A stretch of DNA of 64,000 nucleotides from Nitrosopumilaceae archaeon (GCA_965203465.1 CBDBCR010000001.1:704001-768000); one strand, 5' to 3'; shown: positions 20,162 through 30,440, counted from the first letter of the stretch. Notes: generated by a model not told the origin, from the letters alone. A program made the numbers and translations.

Positions 20162-20428
20162 TCAAGAGCTGTCCAGGCGGTAAATGTAGACGTGCGTCGG
20201 GTTTTCGCTGCCGCCGCGGCCTCCTTCCATGTAGCGATCGGTGAAATATTTCTCGATTTCGTCTGCGTAGATCTTGCGCCCTACGTTCCACACGCGCCAA
20301 GTGTGAGGATCGCCGTGTTCGCCCTTGCGTCGGTCGGGATCGTTGGTGATTCCGATATACCATTCTTTGTAGTTCCCTTCAGTAATCTCGTGTATTTTCT
20401 CGATTAATTGGCGCGACAGTCCTTGCAC
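20162..20428 (-). CDS. small GIY-YIG-like protein (~88 aa)
   Basis: WYIGITNDPDRRKGEH...ADEIEKYF...GGRGG...VYIY. GTG 20428 follows a CATATA box; the longer ORF N-terminus is GC-rich read-through. Confidence 0.65.
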   Translation of the reverse strand: MQGLSRQLIEKIHEITEGNYKEWYIGITNDPDRRKGEHGDPHTWRVWNVGRKIYADEIEKYFTDRYMEGGRGGSENPTHVYIYRLDSS

Positions 20429-20770
20429 GGCGCAAGTGGCGATCACGCGTATATGAATCCAGCTGTGCGGCATCTGAGCTTTTCCGCGCCTGTCCACTGA
20501 GGATCGGGCGCCGGCGCTTGGCCGCGATCCTTGCTGTCTAGCAGACGGGACTGGCCGTAGGTGCGCCCTTGCACCCAGATCCGACCTTTGGCCGTGCCGC
20601 GAAGCGGGGCGTCTTTCGGCCCCGCCTTCAGTTTCCCGCAGTTTCTTCGTGCACGAGGCGGAGACGCCAGATTCCCATCCAAATGTTTCGGGCTCTAAAA
20701 TCGCTCGCCCCGCTTTGCTCCCGCGGCCCGGCCTGCCGCGCACGATGCAGATCTCGCATTGTCGGAGGTT

Positions 20771-21742
20771 CTAGAGGCGAGACCTCCACTTCCGCAATTC
20801 GGCAAACCCTGCATCGCGCGGTATCGGGTTCTCTTTTGCCGGCACTCCTGCGACGCTCTGTTCGTAGAACGCCTCGCCGGTCCTCCCGGGATATTTGGCC
20901 ATCGAAGACTCGTAGAAATCCCAGTGTACCCGGTAGTGGTTCGTGCCTATGATCGGCTCCCACGCCTCTTCTACCTCTTCGTGTTCCACGTCCGGGCCTA
21001 CTATGAACTCGATCTCTGCTATCTCGCGCAGGCTGTTGCTCTTCCACGCGTTCTGCACTAGTTCGAAAGCCGCGACGTCGGTTTTCGGGGCGCTGTACCC
21101 AAAGACGGTCAGCACGGGCGCCTGCCTCAGCCCCCGCCGCGCGGTCGCCCACTGGGCCCTTACGAACGGCTCCTTGTCGTAGTCTTTCTGCCTGATCGGG
21201 TAGAGCAGCGGGGTGTTTTTGTACGGCTCCCCGCACGTCGTGCACGCCCGCCCGGCGCTGTCGTACTTTTTGTCCCGCTCGCAGTACCCGATCCTCACGT
21301 TGCCGTGCGGATAGACCACTCGGGGCACGTCCAAGCCCGACAGCACGTTCCTTTCCATCGCCATGTGCAACAAGGGATCCCAGTTGAACGTCACGACGAT
21401 GTCGTTTTCTCCAAGCGACAAAACCAGGTGATCGTAGAGCGTGGGCTCGTCTGGAATCTCCAGCCCGCCAAAGTAAGATTCTACCCTGCGTTGGACCTCT
21501 TTTATCTTGTCCGCCTCGCCTTTTTCGTACAGCTCGCTGAAGATGTCTTCGAAGTTCCGCTCGTAGTCGATCCCCCACCCTCGGAGCATGTCCTTGACCC
21601 CTACAACCTTTGCAAAGTCTGCCATCAGGGGGAGTTTTTCCCCGTTCCTGTCGCCGTCCGGAAACGCCGCGCGGCTCGCCCCCGCGCCCAATATGACGAC
21701 GTGGGGGCGGCCTGCCAACGATCTTTTTACTTCGTGCTGCAC
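20771..21742 (-). CDS. stand-alone SIR2-like domain protein
   Basis: VVILGAGAS, LPLM, VTFNWD, YPHGNV, CxxC, VFGYS..TD sirtuin-fold motifs. Confidence 0.8.
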   Translation of the reverse strand: MQHEVKRSLAGRPHVVILGAGASRAAFPDGDRNGEKLPLMADFAKVVGVKDMLRGWGIDYERNFEDIFSELYEKGEADKIKEVQRRVESYFGGLEIPDEPTLYDHLVLSLGENDIVVTFNWDPLLHMAMERNVLSGLDVPRVVYPHGNVRIGYCERDKKYDSAGRACTTCGEPYKNTPLLYPIRQKDYDKEPFVRAQWATARRGLRQAPVLTVFGYSAPKTDVAAFELVQNAWKSNSLREIAEIEFIVGPDVEHEEVEEAWEPIIGTNHYRVHWDFYESSMAKYPGRTGEAFYEQSVAGVPAKENPIPRDAGFAELRKWRSRL

Positions 21743-21976
21743 GCGCGCGCCTTTCGTCCGGGCGTAATGTGCCTTTGCGATCCAAGACTTGGCCGACCCG
21801 GCTGGCCCGCACTGCGTACAAGCGCCTCTGCGGGGCCGCGTGCGTCAACCGGTACCAGATCCGGGCTGCCCTGCTCGGTCTAGGCCCGGCCGCGTCTTTG
21901 GGCTGGCGAAGCCCGGCACGCGCACATCTTCGGGCGCCCGCGCAACGCACATTAGGCGGGGCCACGTCTTTGGCCC

Positions 21977-23410
21977 GTGAGAAGGTTCGATCTAAACATA
22001 GAGCGGGTGCTGGAAGACTGGGACATTCACCACGCCGTCAGGGAGATAATCGCCAACGCCGTCGACGAGCAGGCGCTTACGGGCACCAAAGACGTAGAGA
22101 TCTCGCAAAAGGGGAATCGGCGCTTTTCGATACGCGATTACGGGCGGGGGTTGAGGTACGAGCATCTTACGCAGAACGAGGACGAAGAAAAGGCGTCAGA
22201 GCCGGGGCGCGTGATCGGGAAGTTCGGCGTGGGGCTGAAGGACGCGCTAGCTACGTTCGACCGGCACCAAATAGGCGTGGCGATAAGAACCAGGCACGGG
22301 GACATCGCCATGGCCAAATCCCCCAAGCACGAGTTCGAAGACGTGATCACGCTGCACGCAACGGTCGCCCCGCCGGCAGATCCCCAGATGGACGGGACGG
22401 AAGTGGTTCTTGACGGATGCACGGGGGCAGAGATTGACAAGGCCAAGAGCCTCTTCCTCAGGTTCAGGGGCGACCGGGTGCTGGAAAAAACGCAATACGG
22501 GGAAATTCTAGAAGCAAAGGCCACGGTTGGCGGCAACCCCGTGGCGCGGCTCTCGGCCGCGTCGGGGCAGCCGGAAGGCGCGAGAATCTACGTAAACGGG
22601 GTCACAGTCGCCGAAGAGCCCAATTTCCTCTTTTCCTACAACATCACGTCCATGACCGGATCCATGAGAAAGGCGCTCAACCGCGAAAGGACGCACGTGG
22701 GACGCACCGCGTACGCAGACCGGGTGAAATCCATCCTGCTGGCCGGCCGGAGCCTGGAGGTCGCAAGGCTGCTGACGCAGGATCTCGGACGGTACCAGGC
22801 GGGGACGCAACACGACGAGACGAAATACGTGGAAGTCTCGACGCACGCGTCCAGGATCCTCAACGCGCACTCGTCGACGGTCTTTGTCACGCCGCGGCAA
22901 CTGGAAGCCAACGTTAACGCGATAGACCACGCCAGGCGCGACGGCCACTCCGTCACCGTCGTGCCCGAGAGCGTGAGCTACAAAATCAGGGGACTGCGGG
23001 ACATCGTGGGCGAGGTGATCAGAGATCTGCCGCAATACGCCCGAGAATTCGACGAAAGCTTTGAGTTTGAATTCGTAAGCCCGGAGGATCTGACCGCGGC
23101 AGAGCGCAGGATCTACGACAAGACGGAGCGGATCTTTAACCTCATCGGCGGCAGACCCAGGGAGATCAGGACGGTGCGGATCTCTGAGACCATGAGGCCT
23201 GACAGTCTCGGCGCCGACGCGCACGGCGCGTGGGACTCGGACGAAAGCTTGGTGGTGATCAAAAGATCGCAGTTGGCGGATCTCGAATCGTACGCCGGAA
23301 CCCTTCTCCACGAGGCCGCGCACGCCTTGAGCGGAGCGAGCGACGTGTCGCGCGATTTCGAATCCTCGCTCACCCGCATAATAGGCAAGATATGCGCAAG
23401 GCTTTCCTGA
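21977..23410 (+). CDS. GHKL (HATPase) ATPase fused to HExxH zincin-like domain
   Basis: AVREIIANAVD, IRDYGRG, GKFGVGLK and GTEV (GHKL boxes); GTLLHEAAH near the C-terminus. Confidence 0.8.
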   Translation: MRRFDLNIERVLEDWDIHHAVREIIANAVDEQALTGTKDVEISQKGNRRFSIRDYGRGLRYEHLTQNEDEEKASEPGRVIGKFGVGLKDALATFDRHQIGVAIRTRHGDIAMAKSPKHEFEDVITLHATVAPPADPQMDGTEVVLDGCTGAEIDKAKSLFLRFRGDRVLEKTQYGEILEAKATVGGNPVARLSAASGQPEGARIYVNGVTVAEEPNFLFSYNITSMTGSMRKALNRERTHVGRTAYADRVKSILLAGRSLEVARLLTQDLGRYQAGTQHDETKYVEVSTHASRILNAHSSTVFVTPRQLEANVNAIDHARRDGHSVTVVPESVSYKIRGLRDIVGEVIRDLPQYAREFDESFEFEFVSPEDLTAAERRIYDKTERIFNLIGGRPREIRTVRISETMRPDSLGADAHGAWDSDESLVVIKRSQLADLESYAGTLLHEAAHALSGASDVSRDFESSLTRIIGKICARLS

Positions 23411-23509
23411 GGCCGACCGCAGTTCCGGGCGCCGCTGCAGGGCAGACAGGCGCGTTGTGCGCCCGCGCAAGACGGGCCGCCCGTGCGGCCGCCCGGATCG
23501 GGCAGCCGC

Positions 23510-23971
23510 CTACCGGCGCATTTCCAGCGTCTTTGTCATTTTGGAGTGGAATTCCGGCACGTTCTGAGACCATATCCGTATGCGCTCTTCCTCCTCGTAG
23601 TCGTAGCGGTAAAACTCGTTCACGGTCCATTCCAAAAACTCCCCAAACGCGTTCATTTTTTTGTCCCTTTTGTGGAGAAACCCGGTCCTGGCCTCGCGCA
23701 GCTTTTCCGCGACGCGCTGTATCTTTTGCCGGTTGTCGCCAAAGTAAGATCTCAGCGACAAGTCCACCTCGTAGCGCTCTTCCGAGCCGTCGCTCAGGTT
23801 GACGTCGTTCAACATGGCCTTGAGATCCCGGCAGATGTCGCGCGTCTCGTCCAGAACGTCCCCGTTGTTGACCCCGGATCTCCAACGATCGTAGAATATC
23901 TTGCCCACGGCGACGGCCAAGGCGGTTGCGCCCAAAGCGAACCCCAAGACGGCCAGCGACGCCTCATCCAT
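23510..23971 (-). CDS. hypothetical membrane-anchored protein
   Basis: N-terminal hydrophobic helix (SLAVLGFALGATALAVAVG); TTTTAAG box ~22 bp upstream. Confidence 0.7.
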   Translation of the reverse strand: MDEASLAVLGFALGATALAVAVGKIFYDRWRSGVNNGDVLDETRDICRDLKAMLNDVNLSDGSEERYEVDLSLRSYFGDNRQKIQRVAEKLREARTGFLHKRDKKMNAFGEFLEWTVNEFYRYDYEEEERIRIWSQNVPEFHSKMTKTLEMRR

Positions 23972-24444
23972 GCGCGACGCTCCCTCCCTGCCTTAAAATT
24001 CCTATTTATCGCAGGCGCGCCCCCCGCAAGGCCTGCCCGCGCGCCTCCCTCGGGCAGCTTTGGCCCGATCCGGGTCCGCGGGCGGCCGCCCCACCAGTGA
24101 CGGGCGGGCCGCGCGTTATGCCGGATGCTGAAAAACGCCCCCAGTTCAATGGAACGGCGCAGATCCGGCCGCACGGGCAGGCCCGGCGCCTTTGCGGCCG
24201 TCCCGTCCCTGCCGCCGGTTCCCCGTCCAGCCCGCGGTTTGTGCCAGCTGGCTCCGGCGGGACCCGTGCGGGACGAGCCTGCACGGCCCCTGGTTCCGGG
24301 AACCGTCCCGCCTGCCGTCATGCCGGGGGGCTTTTTCTGCACGACGTCCCTAAAGCCCGTGCCGCGCATCGGCGCGGCAGACTACGGGTTGGGGCGAAAA
24401 ATCGGCGTCTCGGGCGGCCGCCACGAACTAAAACGAAACATCGC

Positions 24445-25296
24445 TCAGATCCCGGCGTCTGGCGCGCTAGGCAGAATCTTGGCCCCGCCGGAGCCGCCGG
24501 GCGGTTTCCTGACGGCTTCGGCAAACCGCCCTTTTTCGAATCCGGGCATCTCTTGCATGCCCGTCTTGGGTGCCTTTGGGTATTCGCTGTACGTCCTGCC
24601 GTTGATGGTGCGCCCGCCCGACTTTGGCCTGGGCCCGCCCCACTGCTTGAAGAACACCTTTACTTTCTGCCTTTTGCACTGCCTGATGAGGCCCTCCACC
24701 CACTTTTTCTCCACCTTCCTGTGGCCGGGGCCGCTCTCGCCCCCGATTATGGCCCAGTCTATATCCGCCAGGTCCACCTCGTCTATGTTCTCCAAGAGGG
24801 GCTCAAAGCTGACGAACCGCACGCCGCACCTGACCTTCCTGAGCGCGTCTATCCTGCGCGCCGCCCTGTTGTCCTCGACGCTGACCCCCATCCATATGTG
24901 GCCCGGGATCGGACGCCCAAAGTACCGGCAGAACAGCTCCGCGAAGCGGGCCATCTTTTCGGGGCGCTTTGTGAGTATCTGGTAGGTGTGCCAGTCCGCC
25001 CTGACCATGGTCTCAAAGCAGCTTGCCACAAACTCCATCCTGGACTCCTTGTGGAACAGGTCGGACATGCTGTTGACGAATATCCTGCGCGGCTTTTTCC
25101 ACCTGAGCGGAAGCTCCGCCTCGCCGTCGTGCTCTGTGAACCCAAACTCGTTTTCGTACTTTGCTATACCCATGGCCCGGAGCCTCTTGGAGAGCTTTTC
25201 CGCGTAGCAGTTTTTGCACCCCGCCGAGATCTTCGTGCAGCCCGTGGTCGGGTTCCATGTGGCCTCCGTCCACTCTATAGCCGAGCCTTCCGCCAT
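24445..25296 (-). CDS. DUF5131 family protein (phage Gp37/Gp68-like, three-Cys motif)
   Basis: SAIEWTEATWNPTTGCTKISAGCKNCYA, IFVNSMSDLFH, YQILTKRP, SFEPLL, IIGGESG, FFKQWGG. Confidence 0.9.
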   Translation of the reverse strand: MAEGSAIEWTEATWNPTTGCTKISAGCKNCYAEKLSKRLRAMGIAKYENEFGFTEHDGEAELPLRWKKPRRIFVNSMSDLFHKESRMEFVASCFETMVRADWHTYQILTKRPEKMARFAELFCRYFGRPIPGHIWMGVSVEDNRAARRIDALRKVRCGVRFVSFEPLLENIDEVDLADIDWAIIGGESGPGHRKVEKKWVEGLIRQCKRQKVKVFFKQWGGPRPKSGGRTINGRTYSEYPKAPKTGMQEMPGFEKGRFAEAVRKPPGGSGGAKILPSAPDAGI

Positions 25297-25464
25297 CACA
25301 CACGCCTCCGGCCGCATTGCGGGCCGGGTATATTTCGGCTTTTCGCAGACTTTCTTTGTACCCTATAAAAAGAAAATTTTCTATTGCGAGGCACCAATTA
25401 CGCAAAACCGCGCCGTGTTTTATATCCGTAAACTTAATATTAAGCGGAGCGGGCACCAAGTTCG

Positions 25465-26550
25465 TTGCCCGACACAGACAAGACCGTATGGCCCATAAAG
25501 CTGCACACTAAGGCAAAGCACCAGATTTTGGAAGGGTACCTGAATAGGTGGATGCCCATCTTGGCCGGCACGGTTCCAAAACTGGTGTACCTTGACGGAT
25601 TTGCGGGCCCGGGGGTTTACTCCGACGACGAACCGGGATCTCCGGTCATCGCGCTCACAGCTGCCAAGGAACACAGCCTGGCACACAGATTCAAGAAAAT
25701 CGTTTTTTGGTTCATAGAAGACGATCCGGCGCGGGCCAAGATGCTCGAAAAAACACTGCGGGACAAGTTTCCAGATCTCCCGGAAAAATTTCCGTATACC
25801 GTAGAGACGTCGGAGTTCTCCATAGGCCTGAAGAAGACTCTGGACAAGATTGAAGCCGACGGCGAAAACCTGGCTCCGACGCTTGCATTCATAGACCCGT
25901 TCGGTTTTTCTAAAATTCCGATGGATCTCATTAAACGAATGCTGAGATACGACAAGTGCGAGGTCTTGATAACCTTCATGTCTTCGTACATACTGCGATT
26001 CCATGATGAAAAGAAGGAAAGCGCACTGGACGAACTTTACGGAACGCCAGAATGGCGCAAGATCCTGGACATGGACAACCCGGAAGAGAAAGAGAAATTC
26101 GTGGTCGATCTGTACGTGCGACAGCTCGAGCAGGCCGGTACCAAATTTCATAGGACATTCAAAATGATCGGGAAAAACAACCAGCCGTTGTACTACCTTG
26201 TCTTTGCCACGACGCACATAGCCGGCCTAGAGTCCATGAAGGAAGCCATGATGAAAGTAGATCAGCGAGGCACTTTTAAAATATCAGACAGAACCGATCC
26301 ACAACAAACCTTCCTTTTCGACTATTCGACCAAGGCGTGGATACCTGCCGCAGCCAAAGCGATCCACGAAGAATTTGCGGGACAACAGAAACACATCACT
26401 GCTGTCAAAAAATTCGTCTTGGTAGAAACGCCGTTCCTGTTCAAGAAAGAGATCCTGAAGCACATGGAAAAAGAAGGCAAGATTACGGAAGTCACTGGAA
26501 GAACCAAGAATCTCACGTACCCGGATTTCTGCACCATCACTTTTTCGTAG
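25465..26550 (+). CDS. tcmP: three-Cys-motif partner protein (SAM-binding fold)
   Basis: HTKAKHQILEGYL, YLDGFAGPG, GSP, AFIDPFG, YYLVFAT; adjacent to DUF5131 as expected for this family. Confidence 0.85.
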   Translation: MPDTDKTVWPIKLHTKAKHQILEGYLNRWMPILAGTVPKLVYLDGFAGPGVYSDDEPGSPVIALTAAKEHSLAHRFKKIVFWFIEDDPARAKMLEKTLRDKFPDLPEKFPYTVETSEFSIGLKKTLDKIEADGENLAPTLAFIDPFGFSKIPMDLIKRMLRYDKCEVLITFMSSYILRFHDEKKESALDELYGTPEWRKILDMDNPEEKEKFVVDLYVRQLEQAGTKFHRTFKMIGKNNQPLYYLVFATTHIAGLESMKEAMMKVDQRGTFKISDRTDPQQTFLFDYSTKAWIPAAAKAIHEEFAGQQKHITAVKKFVLVETPFLFKKEILKHMEKEGKITEVTGRTKNLTYPDFCTITFS

Positions 26551-26725
26551 GCGGTTACGGCGTCCGGGCGCGAGACGGAGGCGCGCGTGGGTTCGTCACG
26601 TGGCCGATTGTGCCGGTCGGCGGCGCCTGCCCTCCGCCGAATCCATGCCTTTCCACACAGTTGGCAGGAGCGTCCGGGCAGCCGCCCGCTTCCGTGCCTG
26701 CCTTCGTGCCAGCGGAGCCTGGGTC

Positions 26726-27127
26726 TCAACGCAGACCGCGGCGACAAACGGCGCATTCACGCGCGCCTGAATACGCCGCCCCACCGCCCAAAGCGGCCTT
26801 CGGCTCTCCGCGGCGCTTTTCCCTTGCGCGCAGCTCTGTTTTCCGGCCCTGCCTGGCCCAGACGATCCTGCCCGTTTTGACGAAATAATGCGACCCGCAC
26901 GGCAGGGACCAGTTCCCGATGGACGGATCCAGTGTTACGGACCGGCCTTCCCACAGTAGCGTCCAGCCCACCGGCCTGATCGGCGTCACGACTCTTTGGC
27001 CGCACCCGCAGGCGCACTTGTGCATGGCCGTGGCGTATGCGATCGATACGTACAGGACGCCGTGCTCCAGCTCGTCCGGTATAACGTCAACAAACCGATG
27101 CTCGATTGTCCCGAGTTTTTCCATCAT
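26726..27127 (-). CDS. DUF6527 family protein
   Basis: IPDELEHGVLYVS...HKCACGCG.RVVTP...TLDPSIGNWSLPCGSHYFV; overlaps the E1 gene. Confidence 0.85.
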   Translation of the reverse strand: MMEKLGTIEHRFVDVIPDELEHGVLYVSIAYATAMHKCACGCGQRVVTPIRPVGWTLLWEGRSVTLDPSIGNWSLPCGSHYFVKTGRIVWARQGRKTELRAREKRRGEPKAALGGGAAYSGARECAVCRRGLR

Positions 27128-28274
27128 CTGCCAGGGAGTTCGTGGTGATAGAGTAGACTGCGTGGTGCTCGTTTTTAAAGTCGTGGTAGAACCCGCACAT
27201 GCGCTTCCATTTGATCACGGCCAGCGCCGCGTTGAGCGCGTTCAGGTCGGCCACCTGGATGTTGCTGGAATACTCGTCCCGCACGTCCTCTCCGAGCGGT
27301 ATTCTGTCCAGCGCGCGCGGGTTGTCCGGGGTGCAGGCGGTCACCCTACACGAGCCGGTAAGCGAACCGTCTACGTTTTCAATCCCCATCCCGACGTCGA
27401 TGAAACGCGCGCCGTTTTCCGCCAGGTGCGCGATTATTGTCTTGCGCGATCTGGCGTTGTCGACGCACAAAAACACAATGTCCATCGCGTCCAGATCCCC
27501 GACGTTGGACTCGTCTATGTGCTGCACGTGCTTGACGATGTTGCCGTGCATGCGGGAATAGACGGCGGCGAACCTGTCAGCCTTGGTCACCTCCTTGGAC
27601 AGCTCTTCTCCCGACGGCGCCCCCGGCGAGCGGAAGGCGTTGTGGTTGGAAAACACGTCTTGGTCGAAGATGTGGATCTCCTTGGCAGGCGTCTTGGCCA
27701 CCAGATCCAGAACGTACGAACCGGTGCCCCCGAGCCCCACGATGGCGACGCGCCACTCCCGGAGCTTGTCGTTGACCGACGCTATGCCGGCCCTGCCCGA
27801 GGCGGTGTCCGCGTAGCGGAAAATCTGCCTTTCCGGAGTAACGGCGCGGCCGTGCGCCGTGGCGCTTGCCCCCGGATCGACCGCCCTTGCCTCGTTTGAA
27901 ACAATGCCGACGTATTGCGTCATTTTGTGGTGGTGATCGCTGTAGCCCTCCGGTGGCTTCTGGGAGAACATGTAGCTGGCCCGCAGCCCCTCCCGGATCT
28001 GCTCGTCGCTGGCGCCGCCGCCTAGTCCGGACAGCTGGGAGCCGTGCGAATCGCACGGATGACCTCCCGCCCACAGCACGGTGTGATCGTTGGGCTCTAC
28101 GGCAGTACCCGTGATTTTTATAGACGATGCCAGCGTCCCGTACGCCACTTGCCCGCAGTCGTCGACGTACGGAACGCGCTCGATCACGAGGTGGGTACCT
28201 GAAAGATGCACGGCGTAGCCCTCGTCGCGGAGCCTTTGTAGATCCGAGTTAAGATTTATCAGCTCTGGTGACAT
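27087..28274 (-). CDS. ThiF/E1-like adenylyltransferase with N-terminal E2-like (DUF6791-type) domain
   Basis: DLQRLRDEGY...VPYV...FSQKP N-terminal domain; VAIVGLGGTGSY, FDQD, HNAFRSPG, FLCVD, IDVGMG, NIQVADLNALNA. Confidence 0.88.
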   Translation of the reverse strand: MSPELINLNSDLQRLRDEGYAVHLSGTHLVIERVPYVDDCGQVAYGTLASSIKITGTAVEPNDHTVLWAGGHPCDSHGSQLSGLGGGASDEQIREGLRASYMFSQKPPEGYSDHHHKMTQYVGIVSNEARAVDPGASATAHGRAVTPERQIFRYADTASGRAGIASVNDKLREWRVAIVGLGGTGSYVLDLVAKTPAKEIHIFDQDVFSNHNAFRSPGAPSGEELSKEVTKADRFAAVYSRMHGNIVKHVQHIDESNVGDLDAMDIVFLCVDNARSRKTIIAHLAENGARFIDVGMGIENVDGSLTGSCRVTACTPDNPRALDRIPLGEDVRDEYSSNIQVADLNALNAALAVIKWKRMCGFYHDFKNEHHAVYSITTNSLADDGKTRDNRASVC

Positions 28275-28494
28275 CGAATACCATCCCATTGCCGCAGGTA
28301 ACGCTCTGGTCGGCCACGAGAATCCCCTCCCGGCATCCCTCCGGGCCGCAGCTGTACGTGACGGTAAACATTTCGTCCGGGCCGTGCGGGGACGGAAAGG
28401 CCAATTCCACCACTTCTTCGTACTCGATCGCCCGGGTATGCAGAGTCTTCTTCTGCGCGTTGACGATTATCTCCAGATCGCATGATTCTGCCAT
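28249..28494 (-). CDS. multi-ubiquitin-domain (Ubl) protein
   Basis: IIVNAQKK...IEYEEVVELAF...FTVTY..GP...EG.L...SV....GMVFDVTRADKS beta-grasp pattern; first gene of the operon, TTATAAA box upstream. Confidence 0.85.
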   Translation of the reverse strand: MAESCDLEIIVNAQKKTLHTRAIEYEEVVELAFPSPHGPDEMFTVTYSCGPEGCREGILVADQSVTCGNGMVFDVTRADKS

Positions 28495-28700
28495 GGGGTA
28501 CAGTAAACGTCCGTGTTTATAATATTTGCGAGGCCGCTTTCCGCAAACCCGCCCGTCCTAGGCACGGCTCAGGCACGCGCCGCCCGCAGCTGGAGACGGG
28601 GGCGCGCCGGACTCCGGGCGGCCCGGCGCCGGCCGGGCCTGCGATCGGGCGCCGCCCTTTCGAGCGCCGGCAGATACCCGCCAGCCCCTTCGGGGCCAGC

Positions 28701-30440
28701 CTATTTTTCATGCGCGCCGCCTGCGCCCGGATCGGGCTCGAATTCTTTGGGCAGCCGGCCGATTATGCGCTCGGACTCTAGCCCTGCGTGCACCGCCCGT
28801 TCGATGACGGCCACGATGTCGGCGCCCGCGCACGGGTCGTTGCGGATGCCGCTGTCCCTGTCGATCCTGGCCCCGTACCTGGCCACTACCCATTCGAGCG
28901 GCGTGCGGCCGTCGACGCGGTACGTGGTCCGGGGGACGTTCTCGAACAGGACGGCGCCGTCTGCGCGCACCACGGAGGCGTCCCGCCGGTAGCCGCCTTT
29001 GGTCCTGCGCCTGCCGAACGAGAGCTTTGCGAAACCGCGCGGCGGCGACTTTGGCGTTCCGAGATCGTGCCTCTTGCAGGCCTCGAAGTTCAGGTGCAGG
29101 CGCGCCAGCCTTTGGCCCGCGTCTCTGAACGCCTCAAAGTCGGGCGCCATCGGGATGCGGGGCAGCTCGCGCGACAGGCTGCCGGCGAACTTTTCCCTGT
29201 AGCCTGCGTGGTGCAGCATGCCGTAGACGTAATGGAACACGTCCTTTTTGGACATCCGGCGGCCGTAAAAGCCCCGGTACTCGGACAGGATTCCGTCCGT
29301 CACGTTCTCTTTCCTGGATCCGCTCTCGTAGGCGTAGAGGGGGAAGCACAGGCCGTTGGAGACTAGCTGCATGTCCGGCGCGGCGCCCGTCGCGAGCGCC
29401 GAAAAGTCCCCGCCAATCCTGGAAACGCATATCGCGACGTTTTCCGAGCCGCCCCGCGGGAAGAACGACGGGATCTTCGACATGGCCGAAATAAAGACCC
29501 GGTCAAAGTAGGCGTACTGCCTGAAGAACGGCCGGTACTGCGCCGGCCTTATCTTCCCCCGATCGAGGCTCTGCTTTCCCAGCCTTCTTGACGCGGCCGA
29601 CAGGTCTTCCGACCACTTGCCCCGGCTCGGATCCGCTCCGGGCCCGCCGGGATCCCGCCCGTTGTAGTATTCTATGTGGCGCTCCATGTTTCTGGCGAGC
29701 TCTTTTCTGGAAGAGTTGTACACCCACGCGTCGCGGCGTGTCGCCATTCCGGGCGAATGCGCCTCGAAGATTCCGTCGCGCCGCCTTCCGGACTTTGCGT
29801 CGCTCCCCATGGGCGCGTATTTTCCGAATTCTTGGCCGCGCTGGTCCAGCCAGTCGTGGCGCGCGTCCGGCTTAATTATCCGCCAGCGTCCGATCCCGCC
29901 GACGGATCCTGCTTTCCCGACAGCGCCCAGTTTTGTTTTGGCAGGCAGCGAGTCCCCGATGTCCTTGTAGCGTATGGCGCGCTCTTGCCTTTGCGGGTTC
30001 TTTACGAGCAGAACGACCGCGACGGGGACGCGCGATCCGCTGCCGAACACGTTGCCGCCCTCCTTCTTTGAGGCCTCCCCGCGGGTTCTTCGGTTGCCCC
30101 GCAGATCGAGGCACCAGATCTCGTCGAATTCTTCTGCCAGGCAGGCCCTGATGCCCGAGCCCGTCTCGGACCTGATAAAGCTGGAGTTTGTGATGAACGC
30201 GACGATCCCGCGCTTTCCCACGCGGTCGCTGGCCCATCTGAGGGCCCTTGCGTAAGAGTCGTACAGCCATCTTGAGCCGCGCGTCTTGGTCTTTGCCCCG
30301 TACGTGCCCCTGATCCTTTCGTCGATTTTCGGATATTCGGCGCCCGGGTTTCCGCCGCCACGGGCGCCCCGGCCGCCGTACGGCGGGTTTCCTACCGCGA
30401 CGCAGATGCCGGATCGCGCCGCCCCTAATCGGGGGCCCAT
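28701..30440 (-). CDS. Type ISP R-M C-terminal part (MTase motif IV plus TRD), copy 2
   Basis: 579 aa, about a dozen amino-acid differences from 5280-7019. Confidence 0.85.
   Translation of the reverse strand: MGPRLGAARSGICVAVGNPPYGGRGARGGGNPGAEYPKIDERIRGTYGAKTKTRGSRWLYDSYARALRWASDRVGKRGIVAFITNSSFIRSETGSGIRACLAEEFDEIWCLDLRGNRRTRGEASKKEGGNVFGSGSRVPVAVVLLVKNPQRQERAIRYKDIGDSLPAKTKLGAVGKAGSVGGIGRWRIIKPDARHDWLDQRGQEFGKYAPMGSDAKSGRRRDGIFEAHSPGMATRRDAWVYNSSRKELARNMERHIEYYNGRDPGGPGADPSRGKWSEDLSAASRRLGKQSLDRGKIRPAQYRPFFRQYAYFDRVFISAMSKIPSFFPRGGSENVAICVSRIGGDFSALATGAAPDMQLVSNGLCFPLYAYESGSRKENVTDGILSEYRGFYGRRMSKKDVFHYVYGMLHHAGYREKFAGSLSRELPRIPMAPDFEAFRDAGQRLARLHLNFEACKRHDLGTPKSPPRGFAKLSFGRRRTKGGYRRDASVVRADGAVLFENVPRTTYRVDGRTPLEWVVARYGARIDRDSGIRNDPCAGADIVAVIERAVHAGLESERIIGRLPKEFEPDPGAGGAHEK

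Noticed and set aside
14483-21742. Thoeris (TIR plus SIR2)
   Set aside because: The TIR is fused to a STAND ATPase, the SIR2 protein lacks a SLOG/Macro sensor domain, and the genes are not in one operon.
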